Source of the DNA: an uncultured virus (IMG/VR IMGVR_UViG_3300015245_000036)
Lineage: Duplodnaviria; Heunggongvirae; Uroviricota; Caudoviricetes
Strand: one strand, 5' to 3'
Length of the DNA stretch: 20,000 nucleotides
Virus record (IMG/VR): IMGVR_UViG_3300015245_000036
The translations under genes and the position numbers were made by a program. The notes under the pieces were generated by a model. It was not told where the DNA came from. It searched no databases and saw nothing but the letters and a program-made list of their open reading frames with translations. Position 1 is the stretch's first letter. Each line of letters starts with the position of its first letter. This document shows, in pieces, positions 1 through 8,616 of the stretch.

Positions 1-3000
1 CTTCGGACTGCTGCGGCGTCTCGCCGGCGCCGGGGTCGGGTTGCGCGATACTGGTCGCGATCGGCAGGAACGCGTCATCGCGTCGCTTGCGTACGGCATC
101 CAGCAGGTGCCGGATCGAGAACGCCGTGATCAGCTCGAGCTTCTGGCACGGACCCATCACGTCAACCAGCCGCTCCAGCGTGCGACTGTCCCGAACCTGG
201 TCCGGAGCCACGTGGTGCGGCGAGCGCTCCGACACCTGCTTGAGAAACGTCGGGCTGTCCTGCTTGTACCGGGTGTTGGAGAGCACACCCTGCTGGGCCT
301 CGACCCAGTTGACAATCAGCCACTCCATCTTGATGTCGAGATAGACTCCCTGCTTGGTCTTGTTGATGTCGTCTAGCTCGTTGAGGCTGGCCAGCATGAT
401 CCGGATCGTGGTGCCGTTGCTGATCCTCTCGCTGTTCCGGTCGCTCTGCAGGTGGATCACCGATCCGAGGATCGTCTCGAAGATCTGCTCGTTCTCCGAG
501 GTCGCCTTGAGCCGGGTCAGCTGGTCACGTCTCGAGTTCGAGAAATCGGTCGCGAATCGCTTGTGGTCGGGTATCAGGTCTGCCTTCTTGCCCGTTCTCA
601 CGGCCTCCTCGCTCAGGAAGCGCAGCATGGTCAGCACGGGATACAGCGCCTCCCGAAAACGGGCCTGGGCGTGCGGCGGGAGTAGGGCGCCCGAGGCGAA
701 CTCGCTCTCGACCTTCGTCTGCACCGACCGAAGCTCGGCCATGTGACGAAGCAGCCCGACAGCCAGGTCCCGCCGCGTCGATCGAATCCCAATTTCCCCG
801 TACCGCTCGATGAGCACCACGGCGGGGTCGACGCGAGCCGAGTCGTGAACAAGCTCGAAGGTCACGAACCGCGACAGCGACGCCGCGTCCCGCAGCGGGC
901 GAATCGCCGCGGCCACCATCGGGAACCGAAGATGGTAGGTCTTCGCCTCGCCTGACGTCGTGCCGATCGAGATGTTGGCCGCGTTCTCCGAGATCAGATC
1001 GCGCGTCATCTCCAGGACGCCGCGGACCTGCACCGCCTTGCGCTCGTTGTTGCCGTAATCCTCGAATTCCTCGAGGCACAGGCACAGCGAGCTTCCGTTC
1101 CGCATCTGCCGAATGGAGGCCGGCGTGTACTGGCTCATCGCGAGCGCGTGCGCCACGATGTTGATGCTGGAGAACCCACTGCCGCCGATGAAGCCCGACA
1201 CGAACCGGCTCTTGCCGGACGTCGACTCGGCAGTGACGAATATCGAGGTCTGCCGCTTGAACGCCGTCATGACCGGCAGGCACATCACGTAGGCCGCCAG
1301 GAAGGTCGCGTCGAGTCCCTGGTGCCGCCAAGACCATCCGTCGTTGATCATCTCGCGCAGCCGAACGAAGAGGTCCACCACGTCAACCTTGGCCAGGACT
1401 TGGTCCAGGGTCAGCCCCGGGAGCCAGGCCCCGCCGCGGTTCGAATCGACCGAGCCGTCCGTGTTGAACACCACGCCCTCGTGGCTCGGCCCGTCGAGCA
1501 GGAACGCGGAGAACCCGCCGTCCGACGCGTGCTCGAGGCAGAACACATCTCGTCCGTTCACCAGGTACGAGCGCAACGCCGGCCCGTCGACGTGCGCGAG
1601 GTGGATGCCCTGGCCCTTGCTGCCGGAGATGTCGAGCGACGGGAGCCCACGCGCCATCCTGAGCAGCGCCAGGGTCAGGTACTCGCGATAGCGCTTGATC
1701 TTGATCGGGATGGGCAGGGCAGCCTCCTCCCCCTCCATGGAGAGGAATGACGGATCGCCGACGTGCTCGCGCACAAACTCGTAAAGCGCGCCGAAGTAGC
1801 GCGACAGCAGAGTCTCCACCCCGCGCTCGTCGTTGAGGACCACCGAGTCCATGGCTCGCGTAGACTTGTTCCACAGAATCAGGAGCCGCTTGCGACCCTC
1901 GGCGTTCTGCACGCCGACTGGATAGAAGTGCTCTAGCAGCGCGCGGCCGAGGCGCTCGATGAACGCCTCCTCGTCTTCGTCCTTCGCGCAGATGTCGCGC
2001 TCCAGGATGCGGGCGTCGAGATCGTAGGTCCGCTCGACGTCCTTGCAGAACCGGCCTAGCTCCTGGCGATCGGTGACCAATTGACCCCACTCCTGGGCGA
2101 TCCGGCTTTGCTGGCGCACGTCGTTGACCGCCGTCCGTCGAACGTCGTCAACCACCCGGTCGAAGCACCACTCGTGCATCGACGAGTAGCAGTCCGGATC
2201 GTCGACGACGCGAGCCCATCGCGGGTACCCGAGCGTCTTGACCGCCTCGTCCGCGTCCTTGATGCGCTTCGACGGGTTAGTCGGGTCGGTCCACGTCTTG
2301 TACTCGTCCGGCCACGCGAACACCTGGAACGAGATCAGCTTGGTCCGCGTCCGCTCAAGACAATTCTTAGTGAAGTCGACGCCGCCCGCGTCGTCGTCCG
2401 GCACGATCCGAGCGCGGGACACGCCGTAGTTGACCAGGCGATCGAGCGGCTGGGCGCTGCCGCCGCCGAGGCCGAGCGCCACGAAGTCATCAGTGCCGCG
2501 ACGAATCTGCTGCGCGATCGCGGACAGCGAGTCGAACTCGCCCTCGTGAGCGTGAACGGTGCGCGTGTACGAGTCGTCCGGGGACTTCGGACCCAGGTAG
2601 GTCCTGTAGTAGTTGAGCCCGAAGAACCCTCGGAACCCGCCCATCTCCGCCTCATACGCGTCGTCGACGAAGAACATCTCCTTGAGGTCGTTCGGGGAGC
2701 GGATCTTCATCCGGCACACCGACCGAGGTCCGTCGTGCATCATGAACACGACCCAACCCACGAACTTGTTGCCCTCAGCCAGGAACTTGTCGAAGTAGCT
2801 CGAGTAGAACTTGAACGTCTCGCTGTCGACGCCGAAGTGACCCTGCACGGTCGCCAACGGAGGTAGCACGCCCACGAGCTGGCTCCCGCAAATCGCCTGC
2901 CACACGCCCCACGGGTCAGGTCCCGCGGGTGTGGTCTCGCCAGCGGGGCGAAGCTCGCCCGGCGCGGTCTCGCCCAGGCGCCGCGACATCAGGTAATCCA

Positions 3001-3514
3001 CGGTCGGCTTCGCCCAGTAAAGCTGGGCCTTGCCCAGGGCCTCCTCCGAGGGCCACAGACGAATCGCCTCGAGCAGCTGCGACGACATGAAATCTGCGAT
3101 GTCGCCCTTGAGTTGTTGGTGCCTCTCGTGATCGCGCACGCGCTCGAACAGCGCTTCGGGGATCACGGACTTCAGGCCGAACCGCTTCCGCAGGAACAGA
3201 ATCGCATCGCCGTGGTTGCAGCGCCGCAGCGCCGCCACCAGCTTCACGGGATCGGTGAACAACCGGTTGCATCCGAAGCACTTCGCGATCCCGGTCCCGC
3301 GGTGGCTGACCGGCGTGATGCAGAACGACGGCCCCGGGTCGTCGTGGAACGGGCAACGGCCCTTCACGTGCGGACCATGCCGGGTGAACATCGACTCCGG
3401 TCGAAGCTCGGCCGCCATCAGCAGCCAGTCTGCGACCGACACCTCGCTCCAAATCTGATCGAGCTTGGCGAAGAGGACGCGCTTGTCCCCGCCGCCCTTA
3501 GCTCGTTTGGCCAC
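1..3514 (-). CDS. DnaG-type primase (CHC2 Zn finger + TOPRIM) fused to C-terminal P-loop ATPase/putative helicase; >1170 aa, 3' end outside the window
   Basis: Translated by hand; absent from the ORF track because there is no in-frame stop before the window edge. GTG start at 3514 preceded by AGGAG and overlapping the end of the upstream nuclease gene. Begins MAKRAKGGGDKRVLFAKLDQIW. Motifs: CPFHDD...KCFGC (3269-3355), TOPRIM EGEFD (2531-2545) and VPDDDAGG (2381-2404), Walker A-like AESTSGKS (1208-1231), Walker B-like LCLEEFE (~1060-1085). Confidence 0.88.
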   Translation of the reverse strand, partial: MAKRAKGGGDKRVLFAKLDQIWSEVSVADWLLMAAELRPESMFTRHGPHVKGRCPFHDDPGPSFCITPVSHRGTGIAKCFGCNRLFTDPVKLVAALRRCNHGDAILFLRKRFGLKSVIPEALFERVRDHERHQQLKGDIADFMSSQLLEAIRLWPSEEALGKAQLYWAKPTVDYLMSRRLGETAPGELRPAGETTPAGPDPWGVWQAICGSQLVGVLPPLATVQGHFGVDSETFKFYSSYFDKFLAEGNKFVGWVVFMMHDGPRSVCRMKIRSPNDLKEMFFVDDAYEAEMGGFRGFFGLNYYRTYLGPKSPDDSYTRTVHAHEGEFDSLSAIAQQIRRGTDDFVALGLGGGSAQPLDRLVNYGVSRARIVPDDDAGGVDFTKNCLERTRTKLISFQVFAWPDEYKTWTDPTNPSKRIKDADEAVKTLGYPRWARVVDDPDCYSSMHEWCFDRVVDDVRRTAVNDVRQQSRIAQEWGQLVTDRQELGRFCKDVERTYDLDARILERDICAKDEDEEAFIERLGRALLEHFYPVGVQNAEGRKRLLILWNKSTRAMDSVVLNDERGVETLLSRYFGALYEFVREHVGDPSFLSMEGEEAALPIPIKIKRYREYLTLALLRMARGLPSLDISGSKGQGIHLAHVDGPALRSYLVNGRDVFCLEHASDGGFSAFLLDGPSHEGVVFNTDGSVDSNRGGAWLPGLTLDQVLAKVDVVDLFVRLREMINDGWSWRHQGLDATFLAAYVMCLPVMTAFKRQTSIFVTAESTSGKSRFVSGFIGGSGFSSINIVAHALAMSQYTPASIRQMRNGSSLCLCLEEFEDYGNNERKAVQVRGVLEMTRDLISENAANISIGTTSGEAKTYHLRFPMVAAAIRPLRDAASLSRFVTFELVHDSARVDPAVVLIERYGEIGIRSTRRDLAVGLLRHMAELRSVQTKVESEFASGALLPPHAQARFREALYPVLTMLRFLSEEAVRTGKKADLIPDHKRFATDFSNSRRDQLTRLKATSENEQIFETILGSVIHLQSDRNSERISNGTTIRIMLASLNELDDINKTKQGVYLDIKMEWLIVNWVEAQQGVLSNTRYKQDSPTFLKQVSERSPHHVAPDQVRDSRTLERLVDVMGPCQKLELITAFSIRHLLDAVRKRRDDAFLPIATSIAQPDPGAGETPQQSE

Positions 3515-4325
3515 CGAAGGTCTCCTGGAACGGTCCGCAGCTGCCCTGGTACGAGCACCACTCGCAGGGCCACCGGAGCTTGGGCTTCGCGGGGAACGGC
3601 TCGACGAGCGTCTCGGCGATCTCGTTGATGCGCGAGAACAGCCACGGCGCGTACACCTCGCGTACGCGCGTCGCGTCGTCGAAGTTGGGCATCCACTGGA
3701 TCGCCTTGGCCTCATCACCCTGCAGGAAGTGGATCGCGCCCCGCACCCCGTTCACGCCCGGCGTGTTCGGGATCGCAAGGATGTAGTACGACCACAGCTG
3801 CATCTGCTTCTTCTTGTCCTTCGCGAGGTCCTTGGCCACGCCGGACTTGTGGTCGATGACAACGAGGTCATCGTGCCGCGTGATGACGCCGAGGTCGACC
3901 TTGCCGCGGAAGAACACGTTCTTGTCAAAGAACCCAGCCGGCTTGAACTCCGCGGTGATCCCCCACGCCTCCTCCACTAGGAGACGCTTCACGCCCTCGC
4001 GCCTGCAGAACCCGTCGAACTTTCGCATGAACGAGTCCATGCGCTCCTCGAGCGTGCGGAGCGTGTCCTGCTCGTCCGAGGTCAACGGCGTGTTCTCCAG
4101 CGCGACCTTCTTGGCGTCAGATGCGTTAGCGCCCTTGACCCGGTGCTCCAAGATGCCGTGGGCAGCGGTGCCGACCACGGTCTCCGGCGCAGACGGCCCC
4201 GCGGCGGTCCGCAGTACGTGCTTGTGCTTGAACTGCGCAGGGCAGGACTCGCCTGTTTCCATCTTCGAGAACGACCACGCGGCGTGCTTCAACGCCGCCG
4301 GGGTCACGGTCAATGCGTGGGCCAC
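3498..4325 (-). CDS. PD-(D/E)XK nuclease, RecB/AddB/Cas4-like, with 4-Cys (putative Fe-S) staple
   Basis: WSFSKM...CPAQF, VGTAAHGILE, GKVDLG...VVIDHKSG, QLWSY and C-terminal CEWCSYQGSC. GAGGT precedes the GTG start. Confidence 0.85.
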   Translation of the reverse strand: MAHALTVTPAALKHAAWSFSKMETGESCPAQFKHKHVLRTAAGPSAPETVVGTAAHGILEHRVKGANASDAKKVALENTPLTSDEQDTLRTLEERMDSFMRKFDGFCRREGVKRLLVEEAWGITAEFKPAGFFDKNVFFRGKVDLGVITRHDDLVVIDHKSGVAKDLAKDKKKQMQLWSYYILAIPNTPGVNGVRGAIHFLQGDEAKAIQWMPNFDDATRVREVYAPWLFSRINEIAETLVEPFPAKPKLRWPCEWCSYQGSCGPFQETFGGQTS

Positions 4326-4387
4326 GGCCGCACCTCGTTGCTAGGGGATCTGGGTCATCAGAGGCCGCCGAGGGCGCGGCCGACGCG

Positions 4388-5479
4388 TCACATCGGCTTG
4401 GCAGAGGACCGAACCGAACCCGCGCCCGCCGGCGGCGGCGTCGCCCCCTCGCCCAGATCGTACGACTCCGTCTCCCCCGCGAGGCCTGCGTCCAACTTGC
4501 TGCCCTCGAACGACGCCTCCGCCGCGGCCGCCACGGCAGGTGCCGAGGCCATCGCGACGTAGTGACCAGCGAGCGCGCGATCGCGCTCCGCGCGGTACAG
4601 GTTGCAGAGTGCCTGGGCGATCCTGCTGACGTGCTCGTTGTTGGCCTTGCCCGTCGGCTCGACCTTCATGGTGAAGTACGCGCCCTGCGTGCCCGTACCC
4701 TTCTCGGTCGAAAGCAGAAAGCTGTTGTCCCACATCCGGTTGCTCGCGCCCGCGAGCGACTGGAGGGCGCTTCCGGCCTTCCTCGAGGTCTTGGCGAATT
4801 GGATCATGTAGACCTTGCTCATGTCCGCGGTCGCCACGATCGCCACCACCTGGTTCTGGCAATCGGTGACCTTCTGCTCATCACCGGGCTGCATGCCGTA
4901 GGGCAGATGCGGGCACTCCAGGCACTTGCCGAACGGGTTGCCGAGGTGCGCGTCGGGGGCGACGCACGCGGGAACCTTCGCGCCCTGTGGGAAATTTACA
5001 TTCTCGTAGAAGATGCTGAAGACGAGAAACGGGAACGGCTTCTCGAGAATCTTGCCCTCGCTCGTGTACAGTTCGCCGAGCTTGGCGGCCTCCGGCCGAG
5101 CGGCCGCGGTCGTGGTGGGCTGGTTAATCGTGATGCGCGGGACCTTCCACCCGGTCACGACTTCCTCCATGCCCGGCTTCTCCGTCGAGGCCTGACTCAC
5201 GAGGCCTTCGACGATCTTCTGGTATTCCGTGGGCAGCTTCGGATCAGTGGACAAGGTCACCAGCTCCTCCATCGCTGCGCCCACCGCGTTGTCCAGCTCG
5301 ACAGGGTCCTTGTTCATCAGCTCGAGTCCGCGAGCCGGCTTAGCGGGGCGCCGGGCCCGCACCATCTTCGCCGGCTTGATCGGAGCCGCCATGGCGGTTT
5401 CGGTGGTCTCGACCGGCTTCTCGGCGGTCTTGGTCTCAGGCTTCGTCTCGACCTTGTCGTTCTTGTTCTTTACGCTCAT
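4388..5479 (-). CDS. Putative phage ssDNA-binding/recombination protein with Cys cluster
   Basis: 363 aa, AAGGA RBS. VPRITINQP...CVAPD..G...CLECP...CQN...QFAKTS resembles phage SSB-like proteins found next to nuclease/primase genes. Termini are low complexity. Function inferred from pattern and context. Confidence 0.55.
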   Translation of the reverse strand: MSVKNKNDKVETKPETKTAEKPVETTETAMAAPIKPAKMVRARRPAKPARGLELMNKDPVELDNAVGAAMEELVTLSTDPKLPTEYQKIVEGLVSQASTEKPGMEEVVTGWKVPRITINQPTTTAAARPEAAKLGELYTSEGKILEKPFPFLVFSIFYENVNFPQGAKVPACVAPDAHLGNPFGKCLECPHLPYGMQPGDEQKVTDCQNQVVAIVATADMSKVYMIQFAKTSRKAGSALQSLAGASNRMWDNSFLLSTEKGTGTQGAYFTMKVEPTGKANNEHVSRIAQALCNLYRAERDRALAGHYVAMASAPAVAAAAEASFEGSKLDAGLAGETESYDLGEGATPPPAGAGSVRSSAKPM

Positions 5480-5546
5480 GATTCGTGTCCTTTATTCCCG
5501 TTGTTGTAACCATCTCAATCGATGGTTTCGACTGATTCGGTCTCGC

Positions 5547-5576
5547 AGTCTAGGCGCCCGAGTGCCGTAAAAGCAA
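5547..5576 (-). promoter_or_regulatory. Candidate sigma70-like promoter for the leftward SSB-nuclease-primase operon
   Basis: Minus strand TTGCTT-N18-TAGACT, ~70 nt upstream of the ATG at 5479, in a non-coding divergent gap. Confidence 0.45.
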
Positions 5577-5663
5577 GCAGGCTTGGTTTCGTTCGAGAGT
5601 CCGACCGGGCGCGTCCATCCCGGCCGTGAGACGCGCGTGGGGATTCAGCGCGTCGATGGTCTC

Positions 5664-5692
5664 TTGAAGATGCGACCCCGCTCCGCTAGTGT
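5664..5692 (+). promoter_or_regulatory. Candidate sigma70-like promoter for the phage sigma gene
   Basis: TTGAAG-N17-TAGTGT ending 12 nt before the ATG at 5705; no obvious Shine-Dalgarno, consistent with a very short leader. Confidence 0.5.
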
Positions 5693-5704
5693 GGTCGAAG
5701 CCGC

Positions 5705-6583
5705 ATGGATCAGTCTTTTCGTCCTAGGACAAGCGACCGTCCGCGTGTGGCCCGCCACCTGGCGGACGAAGAGGACAGCCGCCGCTCGTACTACGCGAGC
5801 ATAGGAAACACCCGGCCGGTGACGGACCCCCACGAGGAGCGCGTCCTGATCCGGCTGTGGCAGCGGCACAGGGACGTGCGGGCGCGGGACATCGTGGTCC
5901 AGAGCCACCTCCGTTTCGTGGTCCGCCAAGCGCATCGCAAGACCAACGACCGAAACGCCCTCCAGGACTACATCGCCGCCGGCAACCTCGGCCTGCTGCG
6001 CGCGATCGAGCCGGGGCACTTCAATCCCGAGAGGACGCCGTACATTAGGTTCCTCACTTACGCGGGGACTTGGGTCTACAAGGAGATGATGGACCAGGAC
6101 TACGCGTCCAGCTCGACGGTCCACATCCCTACACACAAGCAGAAGGAGCAGCGCAAGCAGGCACACGCGCAGCGAATGGCGGCAGCCCAGCACGGTCCCC
6201 GCTCGGAGGCGGCGTCCGCCGTCGAGTGCGTCACCTACCCCGTCGTCCGAATCGAAGACGTGTGTGACGAGGAGCTTTGCGCAGGCGTCGAAATTGCGAG
6301 CGAATACCACGCGAAACAGCTCTCCGATCTGCTCGAGGCAGCGTTGTCCAAACTACCCACGCGCGAGGCGACCATCATCCGCCTTCACTTCGGTGTCCGG
6401 AACGAGCCTCGCAGCCTCGAACAGATCGGAAAGATCATGTCAATGACCCCGGAGCGTGTCCGGCAAATCAAGGTCATCGCGCTCCGTCTCGTTCGACGCG
6501 ACCTCGAGTCCGACGTGCTCCGCCGCGACCTCGAGGCGGACGCCGCGCTCTTCGGCCTAGTCAGCTCGGCCGAGTCCGCATAA
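5705..6583 (+). CDS. Sigma70-family RNA polymerase sigma factor (regions 1.2, 2, 4)
   Basis: Region 1.2-like YYASIG...EERVL; region 2 SHLRFVV...DYIAAGNLGLLRAIE..F.PER...RFLTYAGTWV; region 4 HTH LPTREATIIRLHFG...SLEQIGKIMSMTPERVRQI. Confidence 0.92.
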   Translation: MDQSFRPRTSDRPRVARHLADEEDSRRSYYASIGNTRPVTDPHEERVLIRLWQRHRDVRARDIVVQSHLRFVVRQAHRKTNDRNALQDYIAAGNLGLLRAIEPGHFNPERTPYIRFLTYAGTWVYKEMMDQDYASSSTVHIPTHKQKEQRKQAHAQRMAAAQHGPRSEAASAVECVTYPVVRIEDVCDEELCAGVEIASEYHAKQLSDLLEAALSKLPTREATIIRLHFGVRNEPRSLEQIGKIMSMTPERVRQIKVIALRLVRRDLESDVLRRDLEADAALFGLVSSAESA

Positions 6584-7067
6584 ATTCCCTAGCCGCGGCC
6601 GCGATCGCCGCGTCGCACATCGCCTGGACCCGCTCCAGGATCTCTGGCCCCTCGGGCTCGTAGCGGCGGAACGGCGTGAGCTGCCCCGCCTGGTTGAGAA
6701 CCAGCGTGCTGACACTGGAGTCCATCAAGTCGATCCGCACCGCGGCCGCGACGTTGCCCGCGTCGTTTCGCGCGAGCACGCGAACCACGCCGAAGTCGAT
6801 CCCGCTGAACACCCACTCGCCCGGGCTGTTCTGCTGGATCGTGGCGAACAAGTTGAGCGGATCGATGGGCGCCTGCGCGATCAACGACATCAGCACATCG
6901 CCATTGAGCAGTCCGATCCGGTCCAGCTTCGCGAGTCGCTCCAGAAGCGTGGGCGGCGCGTGATCGCGGAGCTGAATGACGACCTCGCGCGCCACGGGGT
7001 CCAACGAGGCGTCCCTGCGAGGATCCGCACCCTCGCGCAGGGACATCACGTACTCGGCGAGCTTCAC
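6561..7067 (-). CDS. Hypothetical protein (168 aa)
   Basis: GTGA overlap with the ParB stop, protein-like composition, ends convergently overlapping the sigma gene by 23 nt. Confidence 0.7.
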   Translation of the reverse strand: MKLAEYVMSLREGADPRRDASLDPVAREVVIQLRDHAPPTLLERLAKLDRIGLLNGDVLMSLIAQAPIDPLNLFATIQQNSPGEWVFSGIDFGVVRVLARNDAGNVAAAVRIDLMDSSVSTLVLNQAGQLTPFRRYEPEGPEILERVQAMCDAAIAAAAREFMRTRPS

Positions 7068-8011
7068 AGGGTGTCACGCAGGCCGAGCACGTATTCGATG
7101 GCCTGAAGCTGATACTTGGTCTTGTCCGTCGCGTGACGCTGCTCGCGATTGACGAGCGTGCCGAGCGCCTCCAGTAGGGCCGGGCGCGGCCGTAGCGTGA
7201 TCTTCTTGTCCACGTAAGTCTCCTTGGCAAGGATGATCTTGTCCTGGTCGAACGTGTTCGCCTTGCGCCCAGTCTTCTTCTTCGGCGATGGGATCTTGGC
7301 AATGTCCTCCTTGACGTCCTCTACCGTCGGATACTTGCCCGAGGCGGCCTGCTTGCGTAGGGATTGGACCAGGCCCGGCTGCTTGTCCTTGGGCAGATCC
7401 GTGATCTCCCGGACCATCGTCGCGGAAATGATGCCGTCGTCGTATGCCTGCTTCACCTCATCGCTGGAGTTGCGGAGCATGGACAAGCGCTGGGACACCC
7501 AGGGCTCGGACTTTCCGAGCCGGCGGGCGACCTCGGTCTGCGTCGTCTTATGCTTCTCCATGTACGCCTTGATCGCGGCGCCCTCCTGGTAAGGATCGAG
7601 ATTGAGGCGCTGGAGGTTCTCCACTAGGTTTCGGACATCCTGGTCCTCCTCATCGCCCTTCACGTAGCGAACCGGGATCTGGTTCCAGGACGACGCCTTC
7701 GTCTTCTGCCCCGGAACCTTGTTCTCGCGAAGCAGCCCGATCGCGCCGTACCTGCGGTATCCACAGTCGAGCACGACCTTGCGCTTGCCGGTGGTTCGAG
7801 CAGGCCCACCCTCCCGAACGGCTAGGGGCGAGATCAACCCCTCCCGATCGATGCTGAGCGTGAATTCGAGATCCACCGAGTTCTCGAGGTCGAGCTTCAT
7901 CCGTCCCGTCTTCTGATCGCTGATGTTGTCGCCGATTTCGATGTCGGCGAACGCCACGAATGGCGGCTTGAACTTCACCGCCTGCGTATCTTCCTCGGTT
8001 GCGTTGCTCAT
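7064..8011 (-). CDS. ParB/Spo0J-like protein (ParB N-terminal domain + HTH)
   Basis: SIDREGLISPLAV, CGYRRYGA (GxRR), ENLQRLNLDPYQEG, HTH TQTEVARRLGKSEPWVSQRLSML. Confidence 0.88.
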   Translation of the reverse strand: MSNATEEDTQAVKFKPPFVAFADIEIGDNISDQKTGRMKLDLENSVDLEFTLSIDREGLISPLAVREGGPARTTGKRKVVLDCGYRRYGAIGLLRENKVPGQKTKASSWNQIPVRYVKGDEEDQDVRNLVENLQRLNLDPYQEGAAIKAYMEKHKTTQTEVARRLGKSEPWVSQRLSMLRNSSDEVKQAYDDGIISATMVREITDLPKDKQPGLVQSLRKQAASGKYPTVEDVKEDIAKIPSPKKKTGRKANTFDQDKIILAKETYVDKKITLRPRPALLEALGTLVNREQRHATDKTKYQLQAIEYVLGLRDTL

Positions 8012-8024
8012 GAGGTCCTTGGAG

Positions 8025-8183
8025 TCATCCGGTCAGTTGGCGCGCCATCTGACCGAGCTGGTTGATCGCAGCCGCGCGGGCCTTGGGGTCCTTGAGTACC
8101 AGGACCGCCGAGCCCAGCGTGGCGACGCGTAGTAGGAACAGGCCCGCCTCCCGAACGCGGGGGCTGGCGGTGATTCGTCGCAT
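8025..8183 (-). CDS. Small hypothetical protein (52 aa, hydrophobic core)
   Basis: Translated by hand: MRRITASPRVREAGLFLLRVATLGSAVLVLKDPKARAAAINQLGQMARQLTG. TGATG coupling with the upstream stop; fills the gap before ParB. Confidence 0.6.
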   Translation of the reverse strand: MRRITASPRVREAGLFLLRVATLGSAVLVLKDPKARAAAINQLGQMARQLTG

Positions 8184-8431
8184 CAGGCGTCCTTCGCGTG
8201 CTCGAGCACGCGGATCTTGGAAATCCTGTAATACGTCAGGTCGGCCAGCGACATGCCGCTGAGCACGTCGCCGACCTTGCTGTAGAACTCGTCGGACAGA
8301 TCGGCCATGGAGTAGGTCGGGTCATTCATCACAGCGAAGTACAGCGCCCGGATCGCCTTGAGACGTCCGACCACCTCGCCAGTCACCCGCTGGCTTGCGC
8401 CGCTGGACCCCTTGCGCGGCTTTCCGCTCAC
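8183..8431 (-). CDS. Hypothetical protein (82 aa)
   Basis: ORF track gives 8183..8482, but GTG at 8431 overlapping the upstream TGA (GTGA) is the more plausible start (MSGKPRKG...). Confidence 0.65.
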   Translation of the reverse strand: MSGKPRKGSSGASQRVTGEVVGRLKAIRALYFAVMNDPTYSMADLSDEFYSKVGDVLSGMSLADLTYYRISKIRVLEHAKDA

Positions 8432-8598
8432 GGCTTCCGGATCGTTGGCGACTCGAACGGCTTGGTCCCACAACGCGGGCACTTGGGCACGTTCGAAGAC
8501 GACTCGAGCCTGGAGCCGCAGGCCCCGCAGCGCGGGGTGACCGTTAGGTCCTCGGACACCTTGGTAGTGTCGGTGACATCGACTCCGTACTTTTCCAT
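8428..8598 (-). CDS. Small zinc-ribbon protein (56 aa)
   Basis: Translated by hand: MEKYGVDVTDTTKVSEDLTVTPRCGACGSRLESSSNVPKCPRCGTKPFESPTIRKP. Two CxxC pairs; below the ORF-track length cutoff. Confidence 0.75.
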   Translation of the reverse strand: MEKYGVDVTDTTKVSEDLTVTPRCGACGSRLESSSNVPKCPRCGTKPFESPTIRKP

Positions 8599-8616
8599 GA
8601 CTTCAGGTTACTCCGG

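Noticed and set aside
41..3980. Many ORF-track ORFs on the + strand and alternative - frames (e.g. 2081..2866, 525..1337, 1383..2090)
   Set aside because: Shadow ORFs of the primase-ATPase and nuclease genes; Arg/Pro-rich, motif-free, expected in high-GC DNA.
4363..4381. GGCCGC-N7-GCGGCC hairpin after the SSB-like gene as a terminator
   Set aside because: Only 6 bp in GC-rich DNA with no U-tract; likely chance.
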